DNA of 64,000 nt. Origin: Balanoglossus misakiensis (lineage: Eukaryota > Animalia > Hemichordata). The translations under genes and the position numbers were made by a program. The notes beneath the pieces were generated by a model that saw only the letters and a list, made by a program, of their open reading frames with translations, did not search any database and had not been told where the DNA came from. Of this stretch, positions 11,921 to 25,700 are shown in pieces (the first letter of the stretch is position 1; every line of letters starts with the position of its first letter). The DNA is taken from positions 8,649,778-8,713,777 of the forward strand of contig CM082597.2 of the NCBI GenBank assembly GCA_040954595.2, given 5' to 3'.

Positions 11921-13682
11921 TTTTATTACATATGTTCATCCTATTTTGAAAAAAAGACCGAAAATGAAAGAAATGAGACCGCGGAATGATATTGCTTGTT
12001 TCGTGAACAGGCCACTCATGTGCATACAGGTATAGCATAATGTTTTTGGTATTGCACTGAGTGCAAATACCGATGTTACGCGCGCGCTCGGTGCAAGTAA
12101 TCGACGGTACATATGTAATAAAAACCCTTGCTTCAACCAATTACAGAGCTTCAATCAGACCAGGTATACCCTGGTATTATAAATTTATGATCTATGTTAT
12201 ACAGGTATAGGACATTTTGTCTTTCACCATGTTTACACTGGGTAAAATGAGAAACATTTCAGATACCAGGTTCAGGCAGGGAAAAATTTGAGACACTATT
12301 TGCCTATGGTAAACACAGAGCATTAATCCTTTGAGTCGTTTGTGTCCACACACACAAAGTTTATGTATAGGCACTGCGAGGCTCGGCCCCATAGACAATG
12401 GGTTGAGAAGAGGTGTTAATCATTACACCGGATCAGGTATGGCTGGCAAAACCGTCTCAAATCTGAAACGTTCCAGGAAGACTTTAATTGTTCACAAAGT
12501 ATTTTTTATGTCAATGTTTGAGTTGAGATGTTTCAGAAAACTTTCAATGGTCCCTATGTGAATGCCCTATTTTTAGTTCCTTTGTGTTGTATGTACAAAC
12601 ACATACAAGTTTCAGCTTTAGGGATCAGTCAGAGCATATTATCAAGCAGTCTGTCTATCGGTTGCTATGTGTGTGTGTGTGTGTCATCTCCACAAAAAAT
12701 ATGTAGCACTACATGTACTTCATGAATCACAATATACACACAGTGACTGGCTGTGAGGGTAACATGTGGATGACATGATGGTGTTATAATGCTATTAAGT
12801 GCAAATGTAAAACCTGGACTACAGGCAAGATTTTTGAAAGGACGGTAAATGTTGATGCAAAGAATGTTTGAGTCAGCCTATGCACGTGAACTCAAATATA
12901 CAGAAAAATTTACAAATCTTAAAGTAACATTTTCATATGGAATTGTGTACTTTTGAAAATCATTTCAAAATCATGTTATAGACTTGTTGAAAGACTGTTG
13001 ACTACATCTGAATAAAAAGAAACATGAAATTCAAGCAATAACCAGTATTTTACTTCTCTCTTGTACATAATCATCATGACATGATCAATAGGTCATTTTC
13101 ATGATCCCTATGTGACTTCTTGACTTGCATATTCATTGGAATGAATCCTCTATTTTGATTTAAAACTCTGTAAGTGCCAATAATATTCACTAATTTGAAT
13201 TCCCATTTTGATCTATTTTTTGAAAAACTTTTCGCCATGTATAGCTCGCACTATTTCTACAAAACAGGGACAAATTGGCTGAATTTCCAATGTTGTGTTA
13301 ACTGTTTTATTAATCATGAGGAAAAAGCGCCGGGCTTATAACTTCCACGGGCGCGCCCAACATTATTTGGGCGATACCATTTTGTGGTAGGTGTCACTGG
13401 CAAACATGCACCGGACTTCTGATTTATATACTACATGTACTAGGGTCTCACTTGTTGCAACAGTGTTAAAGAAATCAAACGGTTTTGTTTTGGCCGGTAA
13501 ACACCGATGGATTAACTCTTAAGTCCATCGTGCATCCAAACGCAGTCGAGTCGGTTCGGTCATTGTTTATGCGACAGTAAATGCCAAATGTGACAGAAGC
13601 ATCATATTAAATGAGATAGAATACACAAACAAACAAACATACGAATAAACAAACAGGCAAACAAACAAACAAACAACCATTA

Positions 13683-13935
13683 AGGACTGTTCAGAATTTA
13701 CTTCCAAGTTGGGGATGGAGAATTTTTTATTTTCCTGGTGATTTTTTCCCATGGTCACCCCTAGTAAATTGTGGAGGAAATATGTGGTCCCCCCTTAAAT
13801 TTCCTGGGGATTTTCCATGGTCCCCCTATTGTGACTTTTATGTCTAGTCTCCCCTAATTTGTCTTAGAGAAAATGGGTGGTCCCCCCCCCCTCTGAAAAT
13901 TCTCTGCCCCCTGGAAGTAAATTCTAAACAGTCCC
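13683..13935. mobile_element. MITE, PIF/Harbinger-like (TTA TSD)
   Basis: TIR of about 24 bp (GGACTGTTCAGAATTTACTTCCA / TGGAAGTAAATTCTAAACAGTCCC) flanked by TTA on both sides. Confidence 0.8.
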
Positions 13936-14039
13936 TTATTAAAGCCAACAGCTAGCACCCTGGCTTCTCTGCCAGAGGAGCGATAACATCGACAAAATGC
14001 AGATACACAAGAAATGAGCACTTTATTCCACAAGTGAAG

Positions 14040-17000
14040 TAGTCTGTTCCCTGCCCCATTCCCACCGCTGGCTGCGCCCTTGAGCGTAGCGCCGATGGCA
14101 GTGGGAATGGGGCAGGGGACCTAGTCCAGGAGCTAGATGCCGTTAATCAGAATTTTTGGTAAGGAAGGTTTGAGAGGTCCATTCTATGTAAAAAATGGTG
14201 CTGATTCCAAAAATGTCAGTCTTATTGACCCCACTCAAGACAAAATTGCCATTTTGGCCATTTTTAACCCAAAAATGGTGTTTTTTTAGAAAACACTAAA
14301 AACACACTGTTTTCGTCACATTCTAAGATCTGATGACATATGATATGCTTATTCTATGTAAAATTTGGTGAATATTACGAAAAAAATAGTTCGATTGACC
14401 CAAAACAACAGAAAATTGCCTTTTTGACCATTTTTTGCCAAAAAAAACATCATTTTTAGAAAAAAATTAAAACACACGGTTTTCTTCATAATAGTTGATC
14501 TGGTGATATATGGAAAGTCAATTCTATGTTAAAAGTGGTGACTTTAAAAAATAAAGCAGTTTTTTGACCTCAATCAATACAAAAATGCCATTTTTGGCCA
14601 CTTTTTGAGGTCAAAAAAGGTCATTTTTACAAAAAAACTAAAAATAAATTGTGTTTTTCATATTCAGAGATCATTGGATATATGAAGGGTCCATTCTATG
14701 TAAAAAACGGTGCTGATTTCAGAAATAGCAGTCTTTTTGACCCTACTCAAGAAAAAAATGCCATTTTTGCCACTTTTTGCCCCAAAATGTCATTTTTAGA
14801 AAACACTCAAAATTTATATATTTTCTTCACTTTTGGAGATCTGATAATGTATTATATGCCCATCCTATGTAAAACTTGGTGATTATTCCAAAAAAGCAGA
14901 TTTATTGACCCAACCTAATGCAAAAATGCCCTTTTGGAAAGTTATTACCTAAAAAGGCCGTTTTTAGAAAAAAAAAATTAAAAACAAACTTTTCTTCATA
15001 AAGCTCAGAGATCATGTGATATATGAAATGTTCAACCTATGTAAAAAATGGTGCTAATTCCAGAAATAGCAGTCTTATTGATCCTACTCAAGAAAAAATG
15101 CCATTTTTGCCACTTTTTGCCCCAAAACGTCATTTTTAGAAAACACTCAAAATTTATATATTTTCTTCACTTTTGGAGATCTGATAATGTATTATATGCC
15201 CATCCTATGTAAAACTTGGTGATTATTCCAAAAAAGCAGATTTATTGACCCAACCTAATGCAAAAATGCCCTTTTGGAAAGTTATTACCTAAAAAGGCCG
15301 TTTTTAGAAAAAAAAAATTAAAAACAAACTTTTCTTCATAAAGCTCAGAGATCATGTGATATATGAAATGTTCAACCTATGTAAAAAATGATGCTAATTC
15401 CAGAAATAGCAGTCTTATTGATCCTACTCAAGAAAAAATGCCATTTTTGCCACTTTTTGCCCCAAAAACGTCATTTTCAGAAAACACTCAAAATTTATAT
15501 ATTTTCTTCACTTTCGGAGATCTGATAATGTATTATATGCCCACTTTATGTGAAAAATTTCCAAAAAAGCAGTTTTATTGATGCCACCCAAGATAAAAGT
15601 GCCCTTTGGCAAGTTTTTGCCCAAAAAGTGTCATTTCTAGAAAACACCCAAAACTTTTATATTTTCTTCACTTTCGGAGATGATGATGTATTATATACCC
15701 ACTCTATGTGAAAAAATTCAAAAAAAAAAAAAAATTACTAGCGCCACTCAAGAAAACAGTGCTTTTTTGACAAGTTTTTGCCCAAAAAGCCACTTTTCGA
15801 AAATCATTATAAACAAACTGTTTGATTCTTTTTTGGAGATTCTATGATGTGTGAAAAGTACATTTATTGTAAAATAGGTGTTGATTCCAGAAATGCAGTC
15901 TTAATGACCTCAACCATGATGAAATCACCTTTTTGGCTAAGTTTTGCACAAAATTGTTATTTTTAAGAATATATTAATAAGCATTCTCTTTTCTTCACTT
16001 TCGGTGATCTTATTATAAATAAAAGCCCATTCTATATTGAAACGTGGTTACTGTTCCAAAAACGGAAGTCTTACTTACCCTATTCAATTGAAATTTGTAA
16101 TTTCGGCCACTTTTTTGGTCAAAAATGTTCATTAAAAACAAACAAACTAAAGACAAATTGTTTTCTTCATATTCAGAGATCTGATCATGTATGAAAAGTC
16201 CATTCTGTGTAAAATTTGGTGACTATTCCAAAAACGGCACTCTGGTTGTCAAAATTGCCTTTTTTGCTATTTGTAGCCAAAAATAGATCTACTCAAGAAA
16301 AAATTATCATTTTAGCCATTTTGTACCGAAAAAATGTTTGTATTTGGAGTTTTTGCAAAATTAGCCCAAGTTGAACTCATAATGATGATGAAACAGCGTC
16401 GAGAGGAAAAGAAGTTACGAATGGAACAAAACTCGCGTCAATGAATGTAAACACGCCGCCCGGGACCAAGCTCTAAACATGATACAGATGACAAAAGAAA
16501 GGCATTGCACATTGCCCAAATATTCCCATACAGCAGTTCCAAATTAAAACGTCAAGGGTTTTATGTTTATTTAGTTTAAACCCACATTTTCCCTGCTGCG
16601 TGCTAGTTCAGGGGCCAGTTTTAGCAGTGCTCTATTGAGTATTCTAGCATCGTTGCACTCCTGTCCAATCAGTATGACGGAGGTATCATGATATAAATTA
16701 TAATATAATTTCTGATTTTGTATTCAGATTGAAGAGAATAAATTTCAACACTCTCTCCCGAGCTGGCATATCTGAACCTAAATATTCCACACCACGCATA
16801 ATCGACTTATAGTAGACAGTGCGTATACATGGATCATCTTATTGTTAAGTTCAGTTTTGGGCTAAATTTGCCAAATTGTGGCAACCCTGTCTTTCAATAT
16901 CATCAATTTAATTGACATTATATGGTTATGGCGTTTTAAATATGCATATACAACATCAGAACACAAAAGGCAAAAACATCAATTATATTTGTTTTCTGAA

Positions 17001-18501
17001 AATGCCTATTGTTGACCAAAAGATGGCTAAATGGCAATTTTGTACTGAGCGGGGTGTCTCAATAAGACCGTTGTGCTGGTATCAGCATATTTTTTGCACA
17101 CACACACACAAAAAAAACGAATTTACATACATCACAAGGGCTCTGAATATAAAGGAATAAGTTTGTATTTATTTTTTCTAACAGTTACCTTTTTGAGCAA
17201 AGAGGCCAAAATGATATTTTTTTCCCTCAGTGGGGTCAGTAAGAGTGGGTTTTTTAGTACTTTTATTTATCATTTGATCACCAATGGGAAGAAAATGGCA
17301 TAATTTTCGTATTTTCTAGAAATGACACTTTTTGAGCAAAAACTTGCCAAAAAGGCACTTTTATCTTGAGTGGCATCAATAAAACTGCTTTTTTGGAAAT
17401 TTTTCACATACAGTGGGCATATAATTCATTATCAGATCTCCGAAAGTGAAGAAAATATATAAATTTTGAGTGTTTTCTGAAAATGACGTTTTGGGGGCAA
17501 AAAGTGGCAAAATGGCATTTTTTCTTGAGTAGGATCAATAAGACTGCTATTTCTGGAATCAGCACCATTTTTTACATAGGATGAACATTTCATATATCAC
17601 ATGATCTCTGAGCTTTATGAAGAAAAGTTTGTTTTTAATTTTTTTTCTAAAAATGGCCTTTTGGGGCAAAAACTTTCCAAAAGGGCATTTTTGCATTAGG
17701 TTGGGTCAATAAATCTGCTTTTTTCGAATAATCACCAGATTTTACATAGGGTGGGCATATAATACATTATCAGATCTCCGAAAGTGAAGAAAATATATAA
17801 ATTTTGTGTGTTTTCTGAAAATGACGTTTTGGGGCAAAAAGTGGCAAAAATGGCATTTTTTCTTGAGTAGGGTCAATAAGACTGCTATTTCTGGAATCAG
17901 CACCATTTTTTACATAGAATGGACATTTCATATATCCAATGATCTCTGAATATGATAAACACAATTTATTTTTAGTTTTTTTTGTAAAAATGACCTTTTT
18001 TGACCACAAAAAGTGGCCAAAAATGGCATTTTTGTATTGATTGAGGTCAAAAAGACTGCTTTATTTTTTAAAGTCACCACTTTTAACATAGAATTGACTT
18101 TCCATATATCACCAGATCAATCATTATGAAGAAAACCGTGTGTTTTATTTTTTTTCTAAAAATGACGTTTTTGGGGCAAAAATTGGTCAAAAAGGCAATT
18201 TTCTGTTGTTTTGGGTCAATCGAACTACTTTTTTCGTAATATTCACCAAATTTTACATAGAATAAGCATATCATATGTTATCAGATCTCAGAATGTGACG
18301 AAAACAATGTGTTTTTAGTGTTTTCTAAAAAAAGACCATTTTGGGGTTAAAAATGGCCAAAATGGCAATTTTGTCTTGAGTGGGGTTAATAAGACTGACT
18401 TTTTTGGAATGAGCACCATTTTTTACATAGAATGGACTTCTCAAACCTTCCTTACCAAAAATTCTGATTAACGGCACCTATCTCATAGTGTAACCAGACT
18501 A
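14040..18501. mobile_element. AcademH-like element (TAGTCTG...CAGACTA, 9-bp TSD) containing a foldback element
   Basis: CAAGTGAAG at 14031-14039 and 18502-18510, 7-bp TIRs, and a subterminal hairpin at 14046-14120. Confidence 0.75.
14130..18484. mobile_element. Non-coding foldback element with TIRs over 1 kb built of internal subrepeats
   Basis: 14130 to about 15700 is the inverted copy of about 17300-18484 (GATGCCGTTAATCAGAATTTTTGGTAAGG / CCTTACCAAAAATTCTGATTAACGGCACC). The left arm has a 340-bp tandem period (14761, 15101, 15441). Confidence 0.9.
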
Positions 18502-21067
18502 CAAGTGAAGAACCCCAGTAACAGACGTAACGAACAAACAAACTACATGTACTAACAACAAAGCAAGAAAAGTGTCAAGCGTCGTCAAAGAAAACGAAAT
18601 AGTTCTAGCATGGTTGGTAAAAGTTATTGGTAGAAAACGAATAGGGCCTTCTACAAATGACGTCTCAGACCCGCAAACGCCACCAGAACACAAAACACAT
18701 GCACAGAACAGTTTAAGCTGGTTGTTGTATGGAGCAGCAATAATCTGCGGTTGGGCCGTCGTAGATTTTCGCTGGTGGTGAAAATAAATAAAACACGATC
18801 GATGTTCGATTTATTCCAGATCACATGCGTTTACGGCCAGAAGAGAGCATAAAAGTCTTCAAATGACCATGTGGTGGCGCACTTTTTCCGATTGGCTGTA
18901 TTTCAATTTGTTCGTGGTAAATTAATTTTGTGGAGGTGACCGGCACTGAAGCTCTTAGCTAGGATGAGGTGGGATGGAAAAATGCCCCATTTGACTCATT
19001 TTAGCTGTTTTAAAATATACGACTATTTATAGACAAAAGGAAAATAAAACAAGCGCAAAAACATACCAAACCTAGTTTTATTAATTACAAAAAAAATTGC
19101 TGAGTAAAGGTTTTCATGTGGGCATTCACTTTGAACTTGCTAAATTAATTTAAAGAGACAAAGTCGCTCTCTCTTTGTCCTTTTGCGATGATGGAATGCT
19201 TGCTTGAAGTCTCTCGTGCAATAAATGATGTCGATTCATACATGTATGGATGGTGTATAGGTGGTCGGAATTTACATGTCTTTGCCACGTCCAAACCAAA
19301 AACACATAAAATCAAACTTTGGGTCATGAAATCGAGTTTTGTTACAGTCTAGAATTTCATGCCACCCCTTTTGGTCATATTATTCTTGGTAGGCAAAAGT
19401 GACAAGTAGTCAAGTTTCAACACAGGCAACATTTTTACAAACAAACCACAAAGAAGACATCAAAAGGGAGAGAATTATAGAATGGTCAATGTGTGAATAG
19501 TTAAGATACGTAAAGTGGCCGGGTTCAACATAACATTAACTCATCGACTTCATATCGTCTTCATGCCATGGTTTTGCCTGCCCTGAAAGTTCTTGTCGTT
19601 GCAGAAGTGGTTTTGACAGAAAGAATTTAGTCTTCCGGGATGTTTGTGATTATTTGAACACCAGACAATACAATGCAACCTTGACTTCCAAAATACTTAC
19701 CGGCATTGCATTATCTTACCATGGTTAGGCCTACAGAGAACAAATTTTCAACAATATTTTCTGAGTTACCGCTGATATTTGTTTTGTAGTATGGATATTA
19801 AATTATACATCCCGATACAAAACAGAATGTTATAGAATCCTTCCTGAGTGATATTGAAAAAAATACCGGAATGCTATAGCCTAATCTATGGTTAGGGTTA
19901 TTGCTATTATTTTATATCAGTAATCGACTTTGTGTATATCAATGTCATTTTCATAACGAAAATGAACTCGAGTCTAATGTAAACGTTACGAATTGATCGA
20001 AAGGCGCTCTGATGAATGTTAACACGAGTGCGCAATGACAAGACATGCATCGTGCATGACAGTGACAACAGTTCCAATAGAGCAGTTAAAAAATAAACCG
20101 GCCGTCCGTAAATTTATCAGCTATATTTTTTTTTATTTAGTCACGTTTTCCCTGTTGCATGCTATTAGTTCAGGGGCCAGTTTTAGCAGTGCTCTATTGA
20201 GTACTTTCGTATCGATGGATTGATCTCTCGTCCAATCAGAATGGCGGATGGTAGCATGATCCGACATATTGCGTATTACAATAGGGCTTCCTCATACAGG
20301 TCAGAACAGAGAGGTCATTCCTTTTATTTTAGGACGTCTCAGCTCCTTTGTCTTTTCTGTTATTTTTTGACAAATGCGGATTGACGTTCCATTTCCAATT
20401 GGCGATAATTATATTTATTTGTATTTCATTGCATAAGCGCTTGCTAGTCGTTTTTTAGCAATTTTTTTTGTAGTACAAAAACACTGAAGAAAACGAAATA
20501 TTTTATTCATTCGCACTTCCAAAGAACACCGTGACATAATTCCTCAATTTGCATTTCAGTGTGTGTGTCTGGTGTGTCTGCATTGACGTGAGGCGCATTC
20601 TCCACCCGCACACATACGTTGCATTGCATTCTTTGACTAATTAGTGTTACGTCATGTTGAAGCAGGATTCTGATTGAGTAGTAAGTAAGTTGCATAATTG
20701 ACGCACAGCTGGTGCCTCGTTCTCGTACCGCTGACCATTGCATTTGAAAAATCATTGCAGCTTTGACGTTCATCAAGCATGGAGGTCCCGGTCGCCTCCA
20801 TGCTTGATGATGTCGTTTCTCTGGTAAGCATGGCATTTAATGTTATTTTACAAGTACATGTACACTCCTTCTAGCAAAAACTGGTCGTGGTAGGGCGAGA
20901 GGGTCCCCCCAACATCGAAATTCTGACTTTGGGAAGCGTTACAGCACCAAACAGTAAACTCACAGTCGCATGGAATTTGTGCGTTATATTACACCGTGCG
21001 AGTAAATTGTACGTCGTTCGTTGGCTCGAGTCAGCTTTGTTATTGTGGAGCAGGTGGTACCGTAACA

Positions 21068-21485
21068 CCACAGGGGGCTCTCCCTAGGCGATTTTATTGT
21101 TTGTTTGTTGTTGTTGATTGGCATAATAAACAAATACATATTTCTTTATTAATAAATATGGTTTGTTGACATGTAAGGGTTAGGTTATTAGGGTATATTT
21201 GACAGGTTATGGTATATTCAACGGTTAGAATTAGTGTTGGCATTTTTTCGATCCATGGCCGGCATCACCCCCCCAAACCCCCCCCCCCCCCACCCCCTGT
21301 GGCTTAGTGATGCCCGGGGCCGTGGATCGAAAAAAATGCCAACAGTAACCCTAATTGTTGAATATACCCTAACACTTACATGTCAACAAACCATATTTAT
21401 TAATAAAGAAATATGTATTTGTTTATTATGCCAATCAACAACAACAAACAAACAATAAAATCGCGGAGGGAGGAGCCCCCTGTGG
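21068..21485. mobile_element. Palindromic MITE with a 5-bp TSD (TAACA)
   Basis: CCACAGGGGGCT...AGCCCCCTGTGG, with arms complementary nearly to the central poly-C. TAACA at 21063-21067 and 21486-21490. Confidence 0.85.
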
Positions 21486-21687
21486 TAACACACTACAGTA
21501 TAACTTTTAAGGCAAAGCGATAGCGAATAAACTGACCAGGGTTGGTTTTGTTGTTGGGGAGATTTTTGGCACCATTGAGACTGTTATAAGCTACCAGTGG
21601 GAGCTATGGTATAGCCGTTAACACGCAGCCCTGCCACGCAGAGCTTCTATGACTGGTTACTAACTTCTATGTCTATTTGATTCACAG

Positions 21688-21762
21688 ATGCTGCCTGAAA
21701 CTGTCTGCGTTTCAACTCGGGATTCTCTTCCTTGTCCGGGGCGAGTTTAAGACCGCTCAATG
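21688..21762 (+). other. Putative 75-nt exon A of an unknown transcript (copy at 28173-28247)
   Basis: TACTAAC branch point, tatttgattcacAG acceptor and G|GTAAGC donor. Confidence 0.6.
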
Positions 21763-22003
21763 GTAAGCATGACTTGCTTTATATTTGCTTTTATCGGGTG
21801 TTGCAACCGAAACAATAGGAAGAAATGTATGTCTACGAACTAATTTACATATTCCAGCTTTCAATACAATGTACCTGTTTTTCCCCTTCGAATTCTGGCC
21901 TCGATTGCTTGTGATATGATCGTGATGTCATGAATTAGATGGACAACTCACAAGTTCAAATCTTCACGTGGAGCATAAAATAAATGTGGATGCATTTCCT
22001 TAA

Positions 22004-22350
22004 AGGGACAAAGTCTCTCTCTCGCTGCCCTTTTTTCCATTAATTATATTTGATACAAGACACCGTTTGTTATTCTACATGTAGATATATAGTGAATGAA
22101 CGTTCAGCCACACACAACTTCCGTCCCACTTGTAGACACGAGAGTAAAAATACTCGCCAAAATGAATAATCGTTCTTTACCATTTATTCATTTTGGGCGA
22201 GTTTTTACTCTCATATCATACAAGCGGGATGGAAGTTTTGTGTGGTTGATCATTTATTCACTATATATCCAAATGTACATTGACATAAACAGTGTCTTGT
22301 ATCAAACATAATTAATGGAAAAAGGACAGCGACAGAGAGACTTTGTCCCT
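22004..22350. mobile_element. Kolobok-like MITE (TTAA TSD, AGGGACAAAG TIR); family copies at 60969-61317, 61720-61995 and a remnant at about 57790-57845
   Basis: TTAA|AGGGACAAAGTCTCTCT...GAGAGACTTTGTCCCT|TTAA. The empty site CCTTAACC is present in the paralogous copy at about 28467-28474. Confidence 0.9.
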
Positions 22351-22688
22351 TTAACCATATAGCTAAAATTACTCCCATATCAATACACAGGGAGATACTT
22401 TAACTTTGGCTGAACGTGTGCTAGTCCAACACTATGCTTAATCAAACTGGCTAAGAGATCTGTTATTATATTAGACGCATGAAGGAAAGTAATGTTGTTT
22501 AGAGTGAAATAAAACAATACTTTAGGCCAGAAAGAAAAATGTAAATCATGACACAAACAGGCTGGAAATTTTTTCTGACCCTATATTATACCATGTTTTG
22601 CATATTTTCACTAATTTGTATGGCCCACATAATTCTAAAGCAAGGTTGATTGGTTACTAATTAATATTTGCATATATTTGATTCACAG

Positions 22689-22761
22689 TCTTAAACACAG
22701 CATTTCAACGTATGCCGGAGGAGGAAGAGAATACCTAGGCCTGATCCAAGACCGCTTTCCG
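22689..22761 (+). other. Putative 73-nt exon B (copy at 29425-29497)
   Basis: Same GGTTACTAA...tatttgattcacAG acceptor context as exon A, and an AAGACCGCT...G|GTAAGC donor. Confidence 0.6.
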
Positions 22762-25700
22762 GTAAGCACACCTTGCTGTATACATGCTCCATAGCTTGTT
22801 TGTAAATGCTACCTTTTCCCATCAAATAGTGAAGTCACCCTTTTAAAATTATGGTGGTGGCAAGCCACAACTGGTTATCATGAAGAGTTGGACACCACTA
22901 ATAATCATTTTAATATTTTCCAATTGGTAACCTTTATGTACCACTATCCTCAACAATTTCAGTCAACAAGATTCATATTGCGCTGTATAGCAAGGCCAAA
23001 CAAATATGACTGATTGATAGGGATTTTTCTGAAAATGTGACAAAATCAACAAATAAACAATAATCAGTCACCAATCATGCATTATGTGTTATTCGAGGGA
23101 ACCTGAGCGGGTCCCATAAACCTGCCAACCCATGCTAGCCATGACTTTACAAATGTTTCCGTCATACTATGCAGAAAATTCTGGCTGCCTTAAATAGGTT
23201 TTTCACTTTGCGCTAGGTGTCAAATCTCATTGCATTCTGGGCGGAAAGTCCATAACCAACTGTAGTAAGAGATAGAAGAAATGATATGTTTACTGTATTT
23301 CATGACTTCCTTCGGTCAAACATTTCTGTCTCGGTAGTTAGCATATTAAACTTTTTTTCACTTTTGCTATTTTTTCTGTTAAAAAGTTCAAGAATGACCC
23401 ATCATCATTTTAGCTTATGAACTCCCATTTCTTTAACATGGCAAAAATCGGCCATCTTGAAATTATCGACCGTATGAGATTTTCATCACTCATTTAGGGT
23501 AGCTTAAAACGTGTTTAAAGTAGGGAGAATTGTATAGGCAAGACTTGGGCTGTAAATTTGATGAAATAGCTACATGACTATTGTTCACAAGCAGCTGACT
23601 GTACTGTAAGACTGGAAGTGTTGTGTACATATTTTACATATTCAATATTTGTAATTAGACCATGTCATGTATATCTTGGGGATTGCTCGATCACAATGTC
23701 TCTGCTGGTACAATGTCCTTTTAACATGTTCAGTAATATGGTAGTAATTGTAAGTTTGTGTGCGGCATTTGTAAATTATTTACAATTTATAAATTATTTT
23801 GTAAGTTTCTTCATTCTCAAATTGCTTGCCTAACGTACTGCATTAACATTTAAATTTTGGTATGATTTTGAGTAGACTTTTTGTTTCAAAATTATTTTTG
23901 ACACTTTTGGGTGATATGATTTTACATGGAAAATCTGATTTCCCTGTAATTCGGTTGACAGGATTTTCATCATATCTCTAAATCATGAAGTACATGTATC
24001 AGACTTGCATCAGGACCCCAAAATTCTAGTTGCCTTTGGCAAGTAATATTAGCCATTGATCTGGGAAAGTTACAAAAATGTGTTGTCCAAGGACGTTGAA
24101 GGTACATGTGGTTTTTACACTTGCTGCATGTTTATAATTTGCAATAGAAATAGACACTCAGTGCCAGCCCACTATCCCGTCTCTTTATTGCTGACTTGTA
24201 TGTATGTACGTATGTACGCATTTTATCAGAATTATTAGGTCCCATTTGGTATATGTATTTATACCATGGTACCTTACGGGATCAGTTGCACCTGTATGTA
24301 TGGATGTTTGTATGTCCATCAACATCAAACATTTGGAAACTACTGGCATTTCACCTTGATATTTAATGTGCAGACAGGGCAGTAGATGGGAGTTTGTCTA
24401 AGTGAAGTTGTCATTGCCAAAATATGCAAATTAGCTGGGAAAGTGTCAAATTCGTCAAAACTTGGGAACTCAACAACTACTGGGCAAATTGCTTTCAAAA
24501 TTGATAATTGGTATGCATGTACCTTATGGTATCCTCTCACAATTCTACATGTTGTGAGCTAATAATGTGAATTTTCTATTTTTAAGCATTTTTTTTGTCT
24601 CTTTCCACATTGTCGGTAAAAACCTACTTTTCTGGAATTGATCAGCTGACTTGTTTGAAATTTATTATGAAGCTTCATAGGTGATCTGAGTTACCAACCA
24701 TAGTTTTGTTTAAATTGTTGCCAAAAATTGCGTATTTATAATTTTGGAGCAATTTTTAGGTCCCATTTGGTTTATGTACATATATACGATTGGGACCTTA
24801 TGGAATCAGTTGCATTTGTATGTATGAGTGAATGGATGAAAACCGCTGGGCATATCACTTCCATATTTAGTGTGTAGATGCAGGCGGGGCTGTAGATGGG
24901 ATTTTGTTCAAATGAAATTGTCATTGCCAAAATATTACCTGTGTAAATGTGAAATTGGTCAAAAGTCAGAAACTTGACAACCACTGGTCAGATTGGTATG
25001 TCAATGAACCCCATACAGTCCTGTATGTTGTGAGCTAATATTATGAATTTTCAAATATTTATTAATTTTTTTTGTCTTTTTCCACATTATTGGTAAAAAA
25101 AAATCTTCACTTCTGAAAGTGATAGTCCGACTCCTTCGAAATTTAGTATGAAGCTTCCTATGGGTGGTCCGAGTTACCATATTTTTTGTTCAGATTGTTG
25201 TAAAATAGGCATATTTATAATTTTGAGCAATTTTGCCAATTATGGTCAGAATGCTTTGCAATTTGGTAGGCAGATTCCCAGGGGTAACCCAAGGAAGATG
25301 TCATAAAAATGGTTAAAACTGCGTGCTTGTGTTATTGGGGATATTTTTTGCAATCTTTGTCAAAAACTGTTTTCTGTTAAACCGTTCAAACCCTTGTCAG
25401 ATTGCTTTGAATTTTGGCAGGAATGTTCCTTGTAGTGATTGAAGTAAGATGGTGTACAATTATAGAGATGTTTGCATATTTGTGTTTTTGCCACTTTTGA
25501 ACAAATGTGTTTTTCTTTGAAACTGCTTTTTTGATGGCTTTGAAATATGGTAGGAATATTCCTAGGGGTAACCCAATTTTTAGCTCACCTGAAAATCACG
25601 TGAGCTTATAGTTTAGCGATGTCTGTGTATGTGTGTGTCTGTCTGTATACCCGATATCTCAAGAACCGCTGAACCGATTTCAACCAAATTTAGTACACAG

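Larger units (their letters stand above)
21640..25510 (+). repeat. Segmental duplication, copy 1 (paralogous to 28124-33715)
   Basis: Colinear high identity, e.g. 21688/28173, 22689/29425, 23618/30908 and 25445/33646. The copies differ by TE insertions and indels. Confidence 0.9.

Noticed and set aside
14649-18274. Short ORFs in the foldback arms as transposase remnants
   Set aside because: They are translations of AT-rich subrepeats with no DDE or other transposase motif.
20507-20836. 109-aa minus-strand ORF containing a hairpin of about 40 bp
   Set aside because: No recognisable domain or splice structure; probably repeat-derived.
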